A stretch of 64,000 nt of DNA from Phoronis australis (Eukaryota; Animalia; Phoronida). The position numbers and the translations under genes are program-made. The DNA is taken from the NCBI GenBank assembly GCA_002633005.1, contig NMRA01000153.1:755637-819636 (forward strand). Direction: 5' to 3'. Shown piece after piece: positions 39,601 to 52,705 of the stretch (position 1 is the first letter of the stretch; every line of letters begins with the position of its first letter). The notes beneath the pieces were generated by a model that saw only the letters and a program-made list of their open reading frames with translations, ran no database searches and was not told the DNA's origin.

Positions 39601-40727
39601 TTGCCAACGTAAAATGTAGGCCTACTCCAGCGATTCAAGTGCTTGAACTCACGCGTGCGCACCACTTCAAAACTACACAGTCATGAAAAGAGAATAGTGA
39701 CAGGCCTAAATGAAAGAGTAAGCACCCGGATGCCAGTGGTTTATTTGAAGATGAACTCATACATTCCTGGCGATTATAAAAGACCAGGTGCTTTACCACA
39801 TTCCCCGGGACCGATAGAACTCAGAACTGAAATTTTCATGTTCCGATGTTTCCCGAGGTCGATGTTCACTAAGCCCTATATTCTATGCCCGTAGCCAGCT
39901 ATTGCAACTAAACCGGTACTAGATATGAAATTGTGGCTAGCGAACTTTTTATTCCTCTCATCATACATCCCCTCCCATCGTTGGCAACTTTTCGCTCCCT
40001 ACTGGACCACCGTCACCGTAAAATTTTCAGATCAAAATAAAAATACTCTTGCTCGGGCTGAAGCAGGCAGTGTAGGGTACAGTGTAGGTGATAACAATAT
40101 CCAGTAAGTCACCCCAACTTGATGGAGTCTGCCTCTCAAAATCGTATTATTATAACGTTTCTTACCATTCCATTGCAGTCTTTTAAGATCTTATCGCAAA
40201 CACTCGACTACACTCACGAACAAGCCCACTCCCTACCTTTGAAGCGCTTCATAAGCACTCAGTAATCTACTAAGCGTTCCCCCCTCAACTTTTGAGAATT
40301 TCCAATTAAGCACCCACTGTTCAGGCTAGCACCCATCATAGCGCACTACAAACGACCGCGCGTGGTTTAAAATTGACATGCAGCCAAAATAGTGTGTCAC
40401 TCTCATTTTACACAACAAATTCAGTTTCAAAAAAACGTCTTTTCTCAATACGTAGAAACCAAATCCCGGCTTTGTTTTATACCTCTGAAAGAAAGTTAAA
40501 ACTAGTGACTTGCGTGTCGTTTTGTGACTGACCTAATTTTCCGTACTTGGCAGGTATTGAGGAGCAAACTTGAATTACCTGATGGCAACCCGCACGGAGT
40601 CAGGAATTATTTCGATACTATTCATTTTATGGAAAACTAATTGTTGAGTACGTGAACAGCATACGTGTCACGTTTTTGTTGCGAAATTTGCACTGAATTG
40701 TACCCGTGCATCCAAATACATCATTCG

Positions 40728-40879
40728 CACTGTTTGGTTAGAGCACCGTTTGGTTAGGGCACCGTTTGGTTAGGGCACCATTTGGTTAGGGCACCGTTTG
40801 GTTAGGGCACCGTTTGGTTAGGGCACCGTTTGGTTAGGGCACCGTTTGGTTAGGGCACCGTTTGGTTAGGGCACCGTTT
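40728..40879. repeat. Minisatellite, 16-bp unit, ~9 copies
   Basis: gcaccgtttggttagg. Confidence 0.9.
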
Positions 40880-42506
40880 CACGGGTTTTTTCGACAGATG
40901 TTTTTCAAACGACGAGTTAAGTTGCAAAATTTGGGCTGCGAACAAAAAGTAGAGGGAATTTGCCGAGTTAGTTTACATCTTTAATGACTTTGCAGGTCAG
41001 GTTTAGCAAAATCACGAATACTTTTTCAACAGACATTTTCTCCCTTTTCACATGGCAAACTTAGCTACTCGAATGCATGTGTCAGTTAGAGAGCACTGAT
41101 TCAACTTTCACGTCGTCAATTTGCCTTGCGCTCTAGAGCCAATGGCGGTGGCGAAGAACAGTAATACCATACCTGCATTAACGAATTCAATTTTTGTGAG
41201 TATTTAGCGCTTCAGGTAAGTTCATATTATCTAAACAATTTCTCGATGATCTAAAATCAATTTTGGCATGTAAAAATGGCGGGAAAATTTTGCGACCTGG
41301 CATTTATGAATGCGAGCTGGATTTAGAAAATGCGACCTGGGATTTTGGCTAGGTCGCAAAATACGATCTGGTGATTTTAATAGCGTCGATTTAGTAGATA
41401 CAGCTGCAGACACCGGACGGCAGACGCCCGGACAGAGATGACGGCAATGTGCACCCACATTATAAATATGAGGGTGCATAAAAACACAATTGAAGAAGAT
41501 TGCCTTCACTGATCATGTAGATACCGTAGTAAGTAAACTGCCGGGAAGTTGAGTAAGACAAGCATTATATTAGTCAGATCAGAAGCTTTACGCCATAAAG
41601 TGTGCTGCGATAAAAAAGCAACATGCATGCACTGAAATTATCATACGAGATGCAATCCATCAGCTGTCAAATAGTGCAACTATCTAAAAGTTGTTGAACT
41701 CTCATTTTTTATTATGACTTTGAATTGTCTGGTATTAAAACTAGGACAAGATCCTATGAGTCTTCACATACTTTTAAATTCCACAAAAACCTTGAAGCCA
41801 TTGGCATTAGATTGCCCATGTTTCAGATTTTTCTAGGCACTTAACAATTATTTTTTCCAATAACATGAGAATGCAAGGTCATGCAGCTGTGGGTATTTTT
41901 TATACTGAACCAAAGATCATGATTCATTTTGATACATAACATACAAAAAATGGTTTCATTTGAAGTTAAAACATCTTATTTGCAAGCCTCAGGCAGGGAT
42001 ATACTTGGCCACTCGCCCAGTCGCCAATACGACTAAAACTGTGCTGGGAGAGTAGAAGTTCACTGGCCGGTCACTCAGGTGGCGAGTGATTTTTCAGAGC
42101 ACATACATCAGGCACTCTGTCCTTCCCCAGCTTCATGCAGAGTTTAATGAATAAATTTTCTCCAATTCCTTATGGTGTTTTATTCTTTAGTTTTGGTCCG
42201 CGTCTCGGTGCTCCAGCAGTACAAAAACATCTACGCAGTGTGCTCGAACCGAGTCAGTGAATGTTAAACTTGAAGGGATCCTTGATGATGAAAGGTCACA
42301 GTGGGTGCAAGACGTTTTTGCAAAAACAATACTGAGGGCTTACGGATGAACAAAGTTGGTACCAGAAATATCGGTGATGATTTATTTTGCAACAAATGAA
42401 GTGAATAATTTGACTGGGCATTCGATTTTGAATCATCGTAGGTAGCCTTAAAGTGAGCAATTTAGATGCCACCGCAAAAGTTGAATCAGCGCTATGTTCA
42501 ACCGGC

Positions 42507-42522
42507 GTGTGTGTGTGTGTGT

Positions 42523-42576
<54 letters not shown>

Positions 42577-42606
42577 ANNNNNNNNNNNNNTGTGTGTGTG
42601 TGTGTG
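42507..42606. repeat. (TG)n microsatellite with small gap
   Basis: Direct observation. Confidence 0.95.
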
Positions 42607-44849
42607 CAGCTTGAAATAGGAGAAATTAATACAATGACAAAATACTTGCGACTTTTCTAAGACTGTGCCATATGATTGTATCAATGTCGTCAAAGATAGA
42701 TACATGTAACTCTAAGTACAACAAACTACCCTCCCTTTGCTCGCGGTCTAAATTTTGGAACTCGAGCAATTGAAAAACATCCTGTCGAAAAAGAATTCTG
42801 TGACACTGTGCCCTAGCCAAATGTCATATTGATGAGTGGGAACAATCCTGCGCACATGTTTCGACAAAAAATCTTTTAACTTATTCTTTTTATTCAATGA
42901 TTAGTTTCGCAAAAATGAAAAGCCTTGAAATACTTCGACTCCTTGCAGATTTCTATTAACGGGTGATTCGAGTTTGTTTCCTTAACACTGAATATGTCCC
43001 ATATACGGGAAAATTAGGTCAGTCACGACAGATAACTGGTGTTACTCCTCCTTTGGAAGTTTAAAACAAGTCGGAATTTGGCGTTTAATCGTTGAAAAAA
43101 AATGGGTTTTTGAAACAAGAGCAACGAGCATAGAAATGCGTCAACCATAGCACTGCTAACAGTGTTCTTCTATGGGTATTTTTAGTATCATAAAAGTGGC
43201 CATTAGATGTTGCAGAATGCGTCAAACCCATCCGAATTAGGAAGTTGATGTCGTCTCTGGAAAACACGTCTACTTGCCAAATATCATGAAAATAAGCCAA
43301 GGATCTTCTAAGATATATACACAAAATGTACCGAGTGTGGTATAGATGAAGTAATATCCCACAAGACAATGTGAAGGCGTCGTCGCCTCCTTAATAGAAA
43401 CCTATCAGCCAAATTTCATGAAAATATCCGAGGATACAGACTGGGCAAACGTAAACAAATTTTACCACTAGGGGGCACAGTGGTATCTGAATGAGTTCGA
43501 CACTCGTCATCATTTGCTGACGACTCCATAGGAATACATGTCATCATTGCCTTTGTATTAAAAACCTATTTGACGAATTTCATGAAAATTTGTTAAGGAA
43601 ATGCAAAGATAAAGAGGCAAACGTAAAAACCTAAAATTGCCACTTGGGGGCACAGCGGTATACGGAAACTCATCCTCATCTGTCATCAGCCACACAGGAA
43701 CACACCTGCCAAATTTCAATAATTGCGATAATAAAGACGAGAAAGACTGCAATTAGTTATTTTAATACCATTCTGTGCCATAAACTCCATTTATGCGTGT
43801 AACTGTGATGGCTTATATCCTTACCATGATCCCTTCTTAGCCACACGGAATAATTTTGTTTCCAGTTGGTCCGCTTCAGCAGGAACAATTTTGTTTCCAA
43901 TTGAGTCTGAAAAAATCTATGACGTGGTTGACTGAAGACCCGGCAGAGGAAAATTGGCAGTGGTAGAGAGGTGGTGGTTGTAAGAAGAGCAAAATAAATG
44001 TTTGCTAACTACAATTTCACGCCTATCCATTCAGCTGCAATAGCTGGCTAAGGGCAAGGAACATCGGATCTAGAGAACACCGAGCATGAGAAACATCAGA
44101 ACAGGAGAATATCAGGTCTGGAGAACATCGTAAAGTACCAGGGATCTAAGTTCATTGTCAAATAAATACCCGAAAGCTTAACAGCCAATCCGGTAATCTT
44201 TTATTTAGGACCGTTGCCGTTCTCTTTTGACGTGTGACTTTGGAGTGGTGTGCACGCTTACGTTCCCACACTTGAACCGCTGGAGTACATTCATTTGCCA
44301 GCAGCGTGTTAGTGACAGATGACTCATGTATATGCGCACGTCAGCCCCGACAGAAACAAGGGCTCTTCACGATTCGAAACTACTCTGCTGAAAGACAAGT
44401 CAGGTGCCGTTGTTTCGTAATTGATAGGATTGTCATTTTCATTTTTGCTGTTTTTTGCCATAAAAAATTATTCTTGTTGAAACAGATTGTTACATGTACT
44501 CGACGACGTTTCCTAGTCATGATTGTTTGCTGGGACGTTGCTCGCAAACAGTGGGACCAACCAGTCCCGCAGTGTGATAAAATCGGGCATATCTTACATA
44601 AAAAATAAATACATTTTCCACCACAAAGTTTGGTAAGTTGATTGTTTAAAAATTAGTAGAAAAATCACTGTTTTATGACATTTGATCACGGGTTTAATAC
44701 TTTGCCATGAGTGGAACAATCGATAGCCATCACAGACCTATGCGGCGTTCCTCCCAGACCAAGGGTGCTTTTGCAGTTAACACAGATGTTTTGGTTTTTA
44801 ATCGCAGTACAAAATCATGCATGCCCAAATTTGGCAATGTTTCTGTCTG

Positions 44850-45196
44850 GCATATTGAAACACGTTTAGCTTGTATCGTTTAGCTTGTATTGAAAAGGCA
44901 CATTGAAACACGTTTAGCTTGTATTGAAAAGGCATATTGAAACACGTTTAGCTTGTATTGAAAAGGCATATTGAAACACGTTTAGCTTGTATTGAAAAGG
45001 CATATTGAAACACATTTAGCTTGTATTGAAAAGGCATATTGAAACACGTTTATCTTGTATTGAAAAGGCATATTGAAACACGTTTAGCTTGTATTGAAAA
45101 GGCATATTGAAACACATTTAGCTTGTATTGAAAAGGCATATTGAAACATGTTTAGCTTGTATTGAAAAGGCATATTGAAACACGTTTAGCTTGTAT
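44850..45196. repeat. Minisatellite, 34-bp unit, ~10 copies
   Basis: ggcatattgaaacacgtttagcttgtattgaaaa. Confidence 0.92.
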
Positions 45197-45471
45197 CACA
45201 CCACCTTAATTCCAGAATTTCTGACGTGGTTAATTTGTCGTCTTTATGGTGATTCTTGAATTTGAGATTGCCAGATATCTGTAGTTTGTTGTGAGTGGCG
45301 CGAAACGGGATAAGTAACTTTGCGATGGGCGACTTGATTTTCTGGCTTAGTCGCTCAGCTGGCGAACAGGGTTTTGAGGCCTAGGTATATCCCTGTCAGG
45401 TCCATCAACTTTAATTGTTACTTGACATAACAAAGTACAAGACAGTTGAGATCAAAATTTCTGCAACCAAC

Positions 45472-45581
45472 CTAGTGTCATATATGTCTGTGTCTTTGTC
45501 AAATTTGTAAGTTGGTGGAAATGAGAGCTCTCCTTCATCAAAGTCTAGAAAAATTCTTCCCTCTTCCTTGGCCTTGAGCAA
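45472..45581 (-). CDS. INPP5K: INPP5K-like exon (FPPTYKF motif)
   Basis: gcttcag acceptor, AG|gttggt donor. LLKAKEEGRIFLDFDEGELSFPPTYKFDKDTDIYDTS. Confidence 0.95.
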
Positions 45582-45835
45582 CTGAAGCAAGCAAAGATTA
45601 AAACTGTGTGTAATGTCATACTAAGTCAGAAGTTATAACAAAGACCTAGCACCTATTAACAGTCAGCAATCACAACATGCATCTGTGTTCACTGTCCACT
45701 TGCACGAAACAATCCCAAGTAGGGACTGAATGAAGGCGTAATTTAAAAGAAAATTTAATATGTTGTATCACCAGAACATGCTTCACAGCATACTTAAACA
45801 AATGATACAGGAAGATGCATTATATAATCTCTCAC

Positions 45836-45947
45836 CTGGTCATATGGCAGGAGATCTTTAAAGTTCCGTCCTTCGATTTTATGTATGATGTCCTGACGAG
45901 AAATGTCATCTAAACGGAAGTTTAAGTCACCCATCCAAAAAACATAG
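45836..45947 (-). CDS. INPP5K: INPP5K-like exon, catalytic motif 1
   Basis: ttttcag acceptor, CAG|gtgaga donor. YVFWMGDLNFRLDD...LLPYDQ is the 5-phosphatase WxGDxN(F/Y)R motif. Confidence 0.95.
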
Positions 45948-46437
45948 CTGAAAAAATTAAAAAGTTTATTTAGTAGTTGAAGACAGGCAGCTCAGTATAA
46001 TAATAAAGATATTGGCTTATAAATTCACCTTCAGTGAGGGATATTCGTGACAGATTACAGCTGAAAACATGATATCACAAATAACTTGTCAGTCAGTTCG
46101 AAGTCGGCCATCAGGCTTACCAACATGAGGACAAACTAAGATTTTATGTAGTGTCCTATTTGCCAAGCACGAGCTTGCCAAAAGGAAACACCTATAGGTT
46201 GTCATTGGCAACTCCAAACAGACAAGAAGCACATGCTCAAATTTTCTTCCTCAAACAATTTTGTTGTCCCCAGACACAGACCTTCGTTATATTCCAAGTC
46301 CTTTTTTATTCAAGCCATTCGATTATTTCATCCTCTATAAATAAAGTTTACTTATTTATTATTATTATAATTATCAAATGTCAAACACAACTTCCACTAC
46401 AAATCAGTCACTGCAAAATTAGAATTTCAAACAATTG

Positions 46438-47188
46438 AAACAAGAGCAATGCAGAGCATTGAAATGCGCCCACGACTGCAATGCAAACAGTGTGCTTCTA
46501 AACTAAGGTGTTTAGCAGAATCATAAAAATGGAGAATAGATGGCACAGAGTACATCAAACATGGCCAAAAATGGGAAGGTGTCGACATCTCCTGAATAGA
46601 AAGATGTTTGCAAATTACAGTTTATGAAAATCAATTCATGAATTAGAGGTAAACAGGAAAAAAAAACTCCCATTAGGAGGCAAACAGGCAGTCCAACCCA
46701 TAACAACAAAACCCATCCAAAAATCAACGTTATCCGCCATCTCCTTGTTAGGAAAACACCTGGCAAATTTCATATTGATTCATCAAGTAGTTTGGCAGAC
46801 AGAAACTTTAAGGCAGATGCCAAAAATCTGATTCGAAAATTTAAAAAGTGACCACTAGGTGGCGCAGATTTGTCAAAGCTATCCGAAAATAGAAAGTTGT
46901 CGTCGCTTCCTTAAAACAATCCTATTTACCAAATTTCATGAAAATCTATTCAAGAATTCCAAAGATAAAGAGGAAACCATAAAATACTGAAATTGCCACT
47001 AGGGGGCAAAGTAATAGTCGGAATGGTCCAAAGTTCTTCATCATACGTCGTCACCTTCATAGGAACCTATCTGCCAAATCTCATTTAGATCCTGTGAGGG
47101 CATTAGGAGACACAACTGCAGACGCCGGACGCTCAAACAGAAATGACATCAATATGCACCCTCATATACATATGCGGGTGCATAAAAA
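46438..47188 (-). mobile_element. DINE-1/HINE-like (Helentron-associated) interspersed element
   Basis: On the minus strand it starts TTTTTATGCACCC with a hairpin and ends ...GGGCGCAT...CTCTTGTTT; internal ccactaggtggc subrepeats shared with many copies in the window. Confidence 0.6.
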
Positions 47189-47342
47189 TGACGTGCATAG
47201 GATCAACGTTTGGGCAAACAGAAGAGTGTTGTCCACATGAAAATTTTCTTAAAGTTTTAACTGGGGACCAGTTAATTGCTTCAATAACACTGAATAAGCT
47301 ATAACCACATTGTACAAAAACAGTGAATGGTTTACAACTTAC

Positions 47343-47410
47343 TCATGATCCAAGATATTGTCAACATCAGGATCCCTGAACTGTTGGCTGGCAAGTATAC
47401 TTTGAAAATC
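47343..47410 (-). CDS. INPP5K: INPP5K-like 68-nt exon, downstream duplicate (Arg variant)
   Basis: ctacag acceptor, GA|gtaagt donor. DFQSILASQQFRDPDVDNILDH(D). Confidence 0.7.
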
Positions 47411-47481
47411 CTGTAGTGGTAAATAACACTGAATAAGCTATAACCACATTGTACAAAAACAGTGAATGTTTTACAACTTAC

Positions 47482-47549
47482 TCATGATCCAAGATATTGT
47501 CAACATCAGGATCCATGAACTGTTGGCTGGCAAGTATACTTTGAAAATC
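47482..47549 (-). CDS. INPP5K: INPP5K-like 68-nt exon, upstream duplicate (Met variant)
   Basis: ctacag acceptor, GA|gtaagt donor. DFQSILASQQFMDPDVDNILDH(D). Confidence 0.7.
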
Positions 47550-48379
47550 CTGTAGTGGTAAATAACAGCTGAGGCAACTCGATAGATGTGACATACCAAA
47601 AATATTTACTGCATAATCTAATTGCCTCATATTAAATATAACACAAATAAACAAATAAAATGTAACTGTAAACGGTCAAAAGTTAGCAATAGCTGAACTG
47701 GCTGTGAACATATACGTCACCTTCACCGCAAAATATAACTAACAAAAAAGAGTAACTGTTTTCTGAATTAACGAATTGAGACAATTAACAGCGCTGTGTC
47801 ATTCTCATAGCTAAGTGACCAAGAATTTTTGTTGAAAAAATGTTATTTAAGGAAACTTGATAGGGAAAGCCGTTTCTTCAAAAATCATCAAACATTTTGT
47901 AACAAAACTTCCATCCTCAAAAACTGTACTTTATAATTTTTCACGACTTGTAGCCATTGTTAGTCTTAAAAATCCATTAAGTATTTAGCATTTTTCTATG
48001 AATAATGACTTTTTAATTTGACTCCTAAAAATCTGAGACACATTTTTGTAGATATTGTGCTGTCAAGAAAATTCAAACATGGTTAAAGTAAGTGGACTCT
48101 TTCTCGAGATATCGAGTTCCAAAATTCTAAAAGGGAACGCAACACTGTTTTTGATGTTGTATCGACAGGTCCATGGTTACCTTGGAGACACACATTTCAG
48201 TGTTAATTAATGTTCCACTGGGGTGTACTTACTATCCATGGTTTAATAACAAGAAGAATAAATTGCCAACCAAAAGACAGACATGTTTATTCTACATTCA
48301 TTTCCATTGAACAAGGCTTCCTATGTGCTATAGAGCAAACACTTTGTCTTGTTGGCTATTGAGCTAATTGTACAGCTTG

Positions 48380-48770
48380 CTATTGACCTAACACATTGTA
48401 CTGTGTGCCATTGAGCTAACACATTGTACTGTGTACACTGAGCTAACACATTGTACTGTGTGCCACTGAGCTAACACATTGTACTGTGTGCCATTGAGCT
48501 AACACATTGTACTGTGTACACTGAGCTAACACATTGTACTGTGTGCCACTGAGCTAACACATTGTACTGTGTGCCACTGAGCTAACACATTGTACTGCGT
48601 GCCACTGAGCTAACACATTGTACTGTGTGCCATTGAGCTAACACATTGTACTGTGTACACTGAGGTAACACATTGTACTGTGTGCCACTGAGCTAACACA
48701 TTGTACAGCTTGCTATTGAGTTAACACATTGTACTACTCGCCAATGAACTAACACATTGTCCTACTGGCT
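48380..48770. repeat. Minisatellite, ~28-bp unit, ~13 copies
   Basis: gagctaacacattgtactgtgtgcca(c/t)t. Confidence 0.9.
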
Positions 48771-49662
48771 ATTAAACACAGAATGTTGGTCATTGGAGTT
48801 TGCTCAGTGGAAGTGACTTCATAACAAGGATGCCGGTCTTTTTCTGGCCCCTTTCCGTCTCTGTCTGTTGATCCATGTAGAGTAAATACACTCCAAGAGA
48901 AAAGTAATTAACATCCACAAATGACTCATCAAGATAACCAGGGTCTGTATTTTAATTACAAGATCTACCAAAAATGGTTGATTTCCCTTTTGAAGTGTTA
49001 CTAAAAGCAATAGCTGCAAAACACAATTCTGTACCACTATATGAACACTCACCATTTCGTTCTGGATTTATGTTCCAAACTATGCTTGACGGTCATGAGA
49101 CTTACTGTAATGTATTCAGTTTTTTTCTTCACTCATTCTTTCTTTCAAAAATAATGGAAATTTTATCAAGGTGGCAAAATTAATTACGGTGAAAGCTCAC
49201 CAATTAAGGACAAAATATGGTGGACAAGCGAACTTAAACTTTCACACTGACGAAGATATGAATTAACTCAAAATACTAATTAGCTAAAATTGTGTCCCAT
49301 AGATCATATTAATATTTTGAAAGATGGACATTAGAAGCTCTTGAAAGATAAAACAAAACAACAACAACGCAAAGTGCTAAATGAGACCACAACTGCACCA
49401 TAAATGGTGTGCTTCAAGGGGCCACTAGGGGGCATCACAGTAATCAGACCATCTGAAAATTGACATCAGTCGTGCTTTTGACAGTAGAAACACATCTGTC
49501 AGTTTTCATGCCAATCCTTTGAGTGGTTTTTCACATAGAGGCAGACAATAAAAAACAAATGATGAACATAGCCACAAGATGGTTCAAAATTCAACTAATC
49601 TTATGAAAATGGAAATGCACTGTTGTCTCCTTAAAGAAGCTTAATCATTTGCCAAATATCAT

Positions 49663-51196
49663 AACAAGAGCAACGCAGAGCGTTGAACTGCGCCCACAAT
49701 TGCACCGCATACGGTATCCTTCTAGGGTTGTTTAGTGGTACCATAAAGTGGCCAGTAGAGGGCATATATGTAGTATGTTGTACTTTACAAAATGGAAAGG
49801 CATGGTCATTGTCTCCTCAATAGGCTAGGGGCAAAATGTGAGTGATCTTCATAATACAAGCACATCCTATACAGCAGTTGCTTAAAGCACCACAGAAACA
49901 TAGAATTAAAAACAAATTTACCAACATACGAGATTAGCACAGCATTAGAATGCCAGAAACAAATTTCTACTTGGAACTTTCCCTTCATAGTTACGAAGTA
50001 ACACAAAGTATACACCTGAAGACCTATGAAAATACAGAGGTCAATGTAAAATACTAAAATTGCCACTAGAGGCAAATACTAAAATTGCCACTAGAGCCAT
50101 ACCGGTAGTCAGAATCATCCTAAAGTCATCATCGTCCGTTGTCAACATCACATAAATACACTTGCTAAATTTAGTAAAGATCCTGCAAACGGTTTGGGAG
50201 ATACAGCCATGAGCGCAAAAAAAAACAAAACTGCCACTAGGAGGTGCCACAGTAGTCCAAATCGTCTGAAAATCATTGTCAGCTGTCTTCCTTAAAGTAA
50301 GCACATACACGCCAATTTTCACAATCATCCTTTGAGCGGTTTGTTTGATAGAGGGGTGGACGCAAAAATACAGACTCGAAAACACTAAAAATGGCCACTA
50401 GGTGGCGCAAACTATGTCAAATCCATCTGAAAACGGGAGGATAGCGTTATCTCACTAATAGGTGCCTACATACCAAATTTCATGAAAACTTGTTAAGGAC
50501 TTGTGAAGATACAAAGGTAAGCATAAAAAAAATTAAAATTGCCACTAGGGGGCACACCGGTAGTCGGATCCGTCCAAAAGTCGTCATCTTCTGTTGCTAA
50601 CATCATATAAATATACTTACACAATTTCGTACAGATCCTGCGAACGGTTTAGGAGATACAGCCATAGGCGCAAAAAAACAAAACTGCCACTAGGAGGCGC
50701 CACTGTAGTCGAAATCGTCGGAAAATCATCGTCAACCGTTCTCTACAGAGTAAGCATATACATGCCAATTTTCACAATCATCCTTTGAGCGGTTTGGTTG
50801 ATAGAGGGGTGGACGCACAAAAACAGACTCGAAAACACTAAAAATGGCCACTAGGTGGCGCAAACTATGTCGAATCCATCTGAAAATGCCAGGATAGCGT
50901 CATCTCACTAATAGGTGCCTACATTCCAAATTTCATGAAAATCTATTCAGGACTTTTGAAGATACAAAGGTAAGCGTAAAAAACTAAAATTGCCACTAGG
51001 GGGCACACCGGTAGTCGGATCTGTCTGAAAGTTCGCACATGCCGTCCCATTCATGAATGGAACATATGTGTCAAATTTCATGAACGTATGTCAAAGGGTT
51101 TTGGAGATAGAACAGCGGACGCCGGACGCCGCCCGGACGGACGGACGGACAGAGATGACGGCATAATGCGTCCACATATATGTGGGCGCATAAAAA
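49663..51196 (-). mobile_element. DINE-1/HINE-like element with ~453-bp internal tandem duplication
   Basis: Same termini as 46438-47188, (CCGT)n microsatellite near the 5' end, duplicated block at 50311 and 50764. Confidence 0.6.
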
Positions 51197-52705
51197 TCTG
51201 TCAAAACACTCACAAGATACAGAGGCAAATGTAAAAAAAATAAATTGTCTCTAGGGGACAAACTGGTATTCAGATACTTCTCAAAGTCGTAGCCATTAAC
51301 TGTCATAATCACAAGAGTACACTTGCCAAACTTCACAAAGTTCCGGCAATGGATTAAGGAGAATCAGACAGACACAGGAAAAACATAATTGGCTTTAGGG
51401 GGTGCCACAAAAGTTGGACCTGTTCAAAAATCAATGTTAACCACGGTCTTCTCAGTAGGACTACAGCTACTGCAGATAAAGAGAGAGATAACAAAAGCCA
51501 GAGAGTAAAAAATAATGTCCAAACTGAGATGACGACAATATGTGGCTGCATAATATATATAAGGACACAAAAAAAATTGTCAACAATTTTGTCCAAAATC
51601 GGTGAGATTTTAAGGTAGCGTATCTTAACACGACTGAAACTTTTGTTGTCTGATGTCAATCACAAGATAAACTGTAGGTGGAGATAAACCTAAGTATGCG
51701 GAATGCCTTGAAGTGGTTTGTCACGAAATCATAGGCGTGGAAGTAAATGGAAATGTTCAACGAGAGCAAATTGATGACCTTGAACTTTGGTAAACTCATG
51801 TCAAACTTTTCTAATACAGCTGACTATGCTTGGGGTCGGTACTTCACAGGTTGATTTGATTGGATTGAAGACAAAAGTCTTTCATGCAGTCAACTTTTAC
51901 ATGAATTTCATCTTGTATTCAGGCAATTTCCAAGTCTCAACTTTTACGCATAAACTGATTTCAAAACTTCAAACAGGGCCTGCCTACACAATGTATATCA
52001 ACCAGGTCACACTGCCTCCTCCCTGCCTATACAAGATAGATGTACTGTTTTAAAATGAGTAGATTTTCACTAGCAAAAAACAATGTTTATTTGAAATCCT
52101 CACATATTTTACACAATGCATGGCATTTTTGTTACATACGGTTACACGTAACCTTATCAATGCATCATTTTGTGGCAAAGCATCACACAACCCACAAAAA
52201 ATTGTGCAACTAAATGTTTTACTAAAATATGACCATCAGAAATGAGATAAAGCTGCACCATTTCCAAGATATGTGACAAGACGTTTTAAATATTTGTTAC
52301 ATAAGGTTCGTGGTGAAAACTGTGGATTATTGTAGTCAGATATGTGATATGCAAGCCAACTTAAACGAGGACGAATTTTTTAATATATATTTTATCATAC
52401 ATATTGTGTGACCTATTTTTAAGACGTGCATTTACACAAATCTTCAGAGGGCTAAGTGGTATCATTTATTTATATGTCATTGCGGAATTGCGGAGACATT
52501 TGAACTTATTAAGTGTGTGTTTATTCCATGTAAAATAGCAGCAATTTATTATAAACTAATCAACGTACAGAACAAATTAACATAAATAATGAAATAAAAG
52601 ACAAATAGCCTTCTGCTACTTGTACTACTAGATTGGAAGTAAGTTGAGCAGGTGATCAGAACCAGAAGTTGTGTTAAGATAATAACTTAATAAAAACAAC
52701 ATGTA

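Larger units (their letters stand above)
41994..45395. mobile_element. Non-autonomous CAGGG-ended (hAT-like) element with 5-bp TSD and nested repeats
   Basis: TIR CAGGGATATACTTGGCC / GGCCTAGGTATATCCCTG; TCAGG on both sides; subterminal TCGCC/GGCGA motifs. Confidence 0.65.
47283..47567. repeat. 139-bp tandem duplication containing a whole exon
   Basis: Units begin aataacactgaataagct at 47283 and 47422; two substitutions seen between them. Confidence 0.92.

Noticed and set aside
43930-43962. Second hammerhead-like string CTGAAGA...GAAAA (also ctgacga near 49247)
   Set aside because: Stem II and III pairing, the GAAA core or the NUH triplet are not satisfied.
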